Assembly: GCF_035594765.1 (NCBI RefSeq)
Contig: NC_085841.1
Span: 169,307,574 to 169,371,573, forward strand
Length of the DNA stretch: 64,000 nt
Source: Anolis carolinensis
Taxonomy: Eukaryota
Direction: 5' to 3'
The position numbers and the translations under genes were made by a program. Position 1 is the first letter of the stretch. Each line of letters opens with the position of its first letter. Below, one piece after another: positions 63,219 to 64,000 of the stretch. Below the pieces are notes generated by a model. The model was not told the origin of the DNA, ran no database searches, and was given only the letters and a program-made list of their open reading frames with translations.

Positions 63219-63527
63219 GGAGCCTCCAGTGGCTCCGTGTGTTAAAGCGCTGAGCTGCTGAATTTGCAGACCGAAAGGCCCCAGGTTCAAATCCGGGAAG
63301 CAGAGTGAGCGCCCGCTGTTAGCCCCAGCTTCTGCCAACCTAGCAGTTCGAAAACATGCAAATGTGAGTAGATCAATAGGTGGGAAGGAAACGGCGCTCC
63401 ATGCAGTCATGCCAGCCACATGACCTTGGAGGTGTCTATGGACAACGCCAGCTCTTCGGCTTAAAAATGGAGATGAGCACCAACCCCCAGAGTTGGAAAC
63501 GACTGGACTTAAACTCTTACCTTTACC
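63219..63527 (+). mobile_element. Sauria SINE
   Basis: tRNA-like head with GGTTCAAATCC, (ACCTTT) tail, 12-bp TSD TACCATCAAGTA at 63206-63217 and 63528-63539. Confidence 0.9.
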
Positions 63528-64000
63528 TACCATCAAGTAGGTCCAGACTATTGGCAACCACCTGTCACTACTTCACAGTTTGCCAAAAATACATCATAGG
63601 ACATGTTTTTTTTTAATCATTATGTTTGATGGGACAAAAATGCTATTATAATGGAAAAGATTAACATGCTCTTTTTCACAACTGTGTAAAGAGCAGGGTG
63701 TCTGCTAGGGCTGTGCAAAATTTTCGTTAGTCATAAGTCAGATCAAATTAGTTAAATTTGTATTTAAGAGGTGATATCTGACACGCGAGTGTGGTCTGTG
63801 CCATAAACTTAAGCATCGAAACTTACCAAATACTTTCTCATTTGAATTTTGTAAACTTTGGAAGCCTCCAAATCTCAGTCTCATTTTCAGTGCAAGCAAG
63901 TAAAGCCAAGCCATAAAGGCTGCCATTTCTCTTTAAATTAATGACATTTTGCCATTAGGAGAGGGAAGCAGCAGGAAGAAAGCAGAGTTCGCTGAGAAAA

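Noticed and set aside
62751-63557. Longest ORF in the track (268 aa, minus strand)
   Set aside because: It runs across an antisense Sauria SINE and a Penelope fold-back; the same peptide pieces recur at other SINE and Penelope copies; no domain.

Overview
Vertebrate (squamate reptile) genomic DNA, not microbial. The repeat content (Sauria SINE, 5S-derived SINE, Penelope, CR1, L2, hAT/Tc1/Harbinger MITEs) points to an Anolis-like lizard. Three spliced protein-coding genes could be reconstructed by hand with GT-AG boundaries and consistent phases. (1) APLF, minus strand: exons 1-8 from 20910 down to 520, encoding the FHA domain, Ku-binding motif and PBZ zinc fingers; the 3' exons lie beyond the left edge. 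(2) FBXO48, plus strand: two coding exons, 170 aa, head-to-head with APLF across a CpG-rich promoter. (3) PLEK (pleckstrin), minus strand: complete, 9 coding exons, 358 aa, PH-DEP-PH. The gene order matches what I recall of the human PLEK-FBXO48-APLF locus. Almost all other ORFs in the track come from repeats or microsatellites. I found no clearly new protein-coding system. The most interesting non-genic signals are: minimal hammerhead-ribozyme motifs in inverted Penelope insertions (one intact and sense to APLF intron 1); a 2-kb composite hAT element built from captured repeat fragments; a perfect 50-bp inverted repeat with symmetric changes in a PLEK intron; tandem hairpin and 75-bp repeats downstream of the PLEK stop; a solo LTR nested in a MITE inside FBXO48; a perfect 272-bp tandem duplication; and several DNA transposons resembling mammalian horizontally transferred families. 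Repeat family names come from my recall of consensus sequences and need RepeatMasker/Dfam confirmation.
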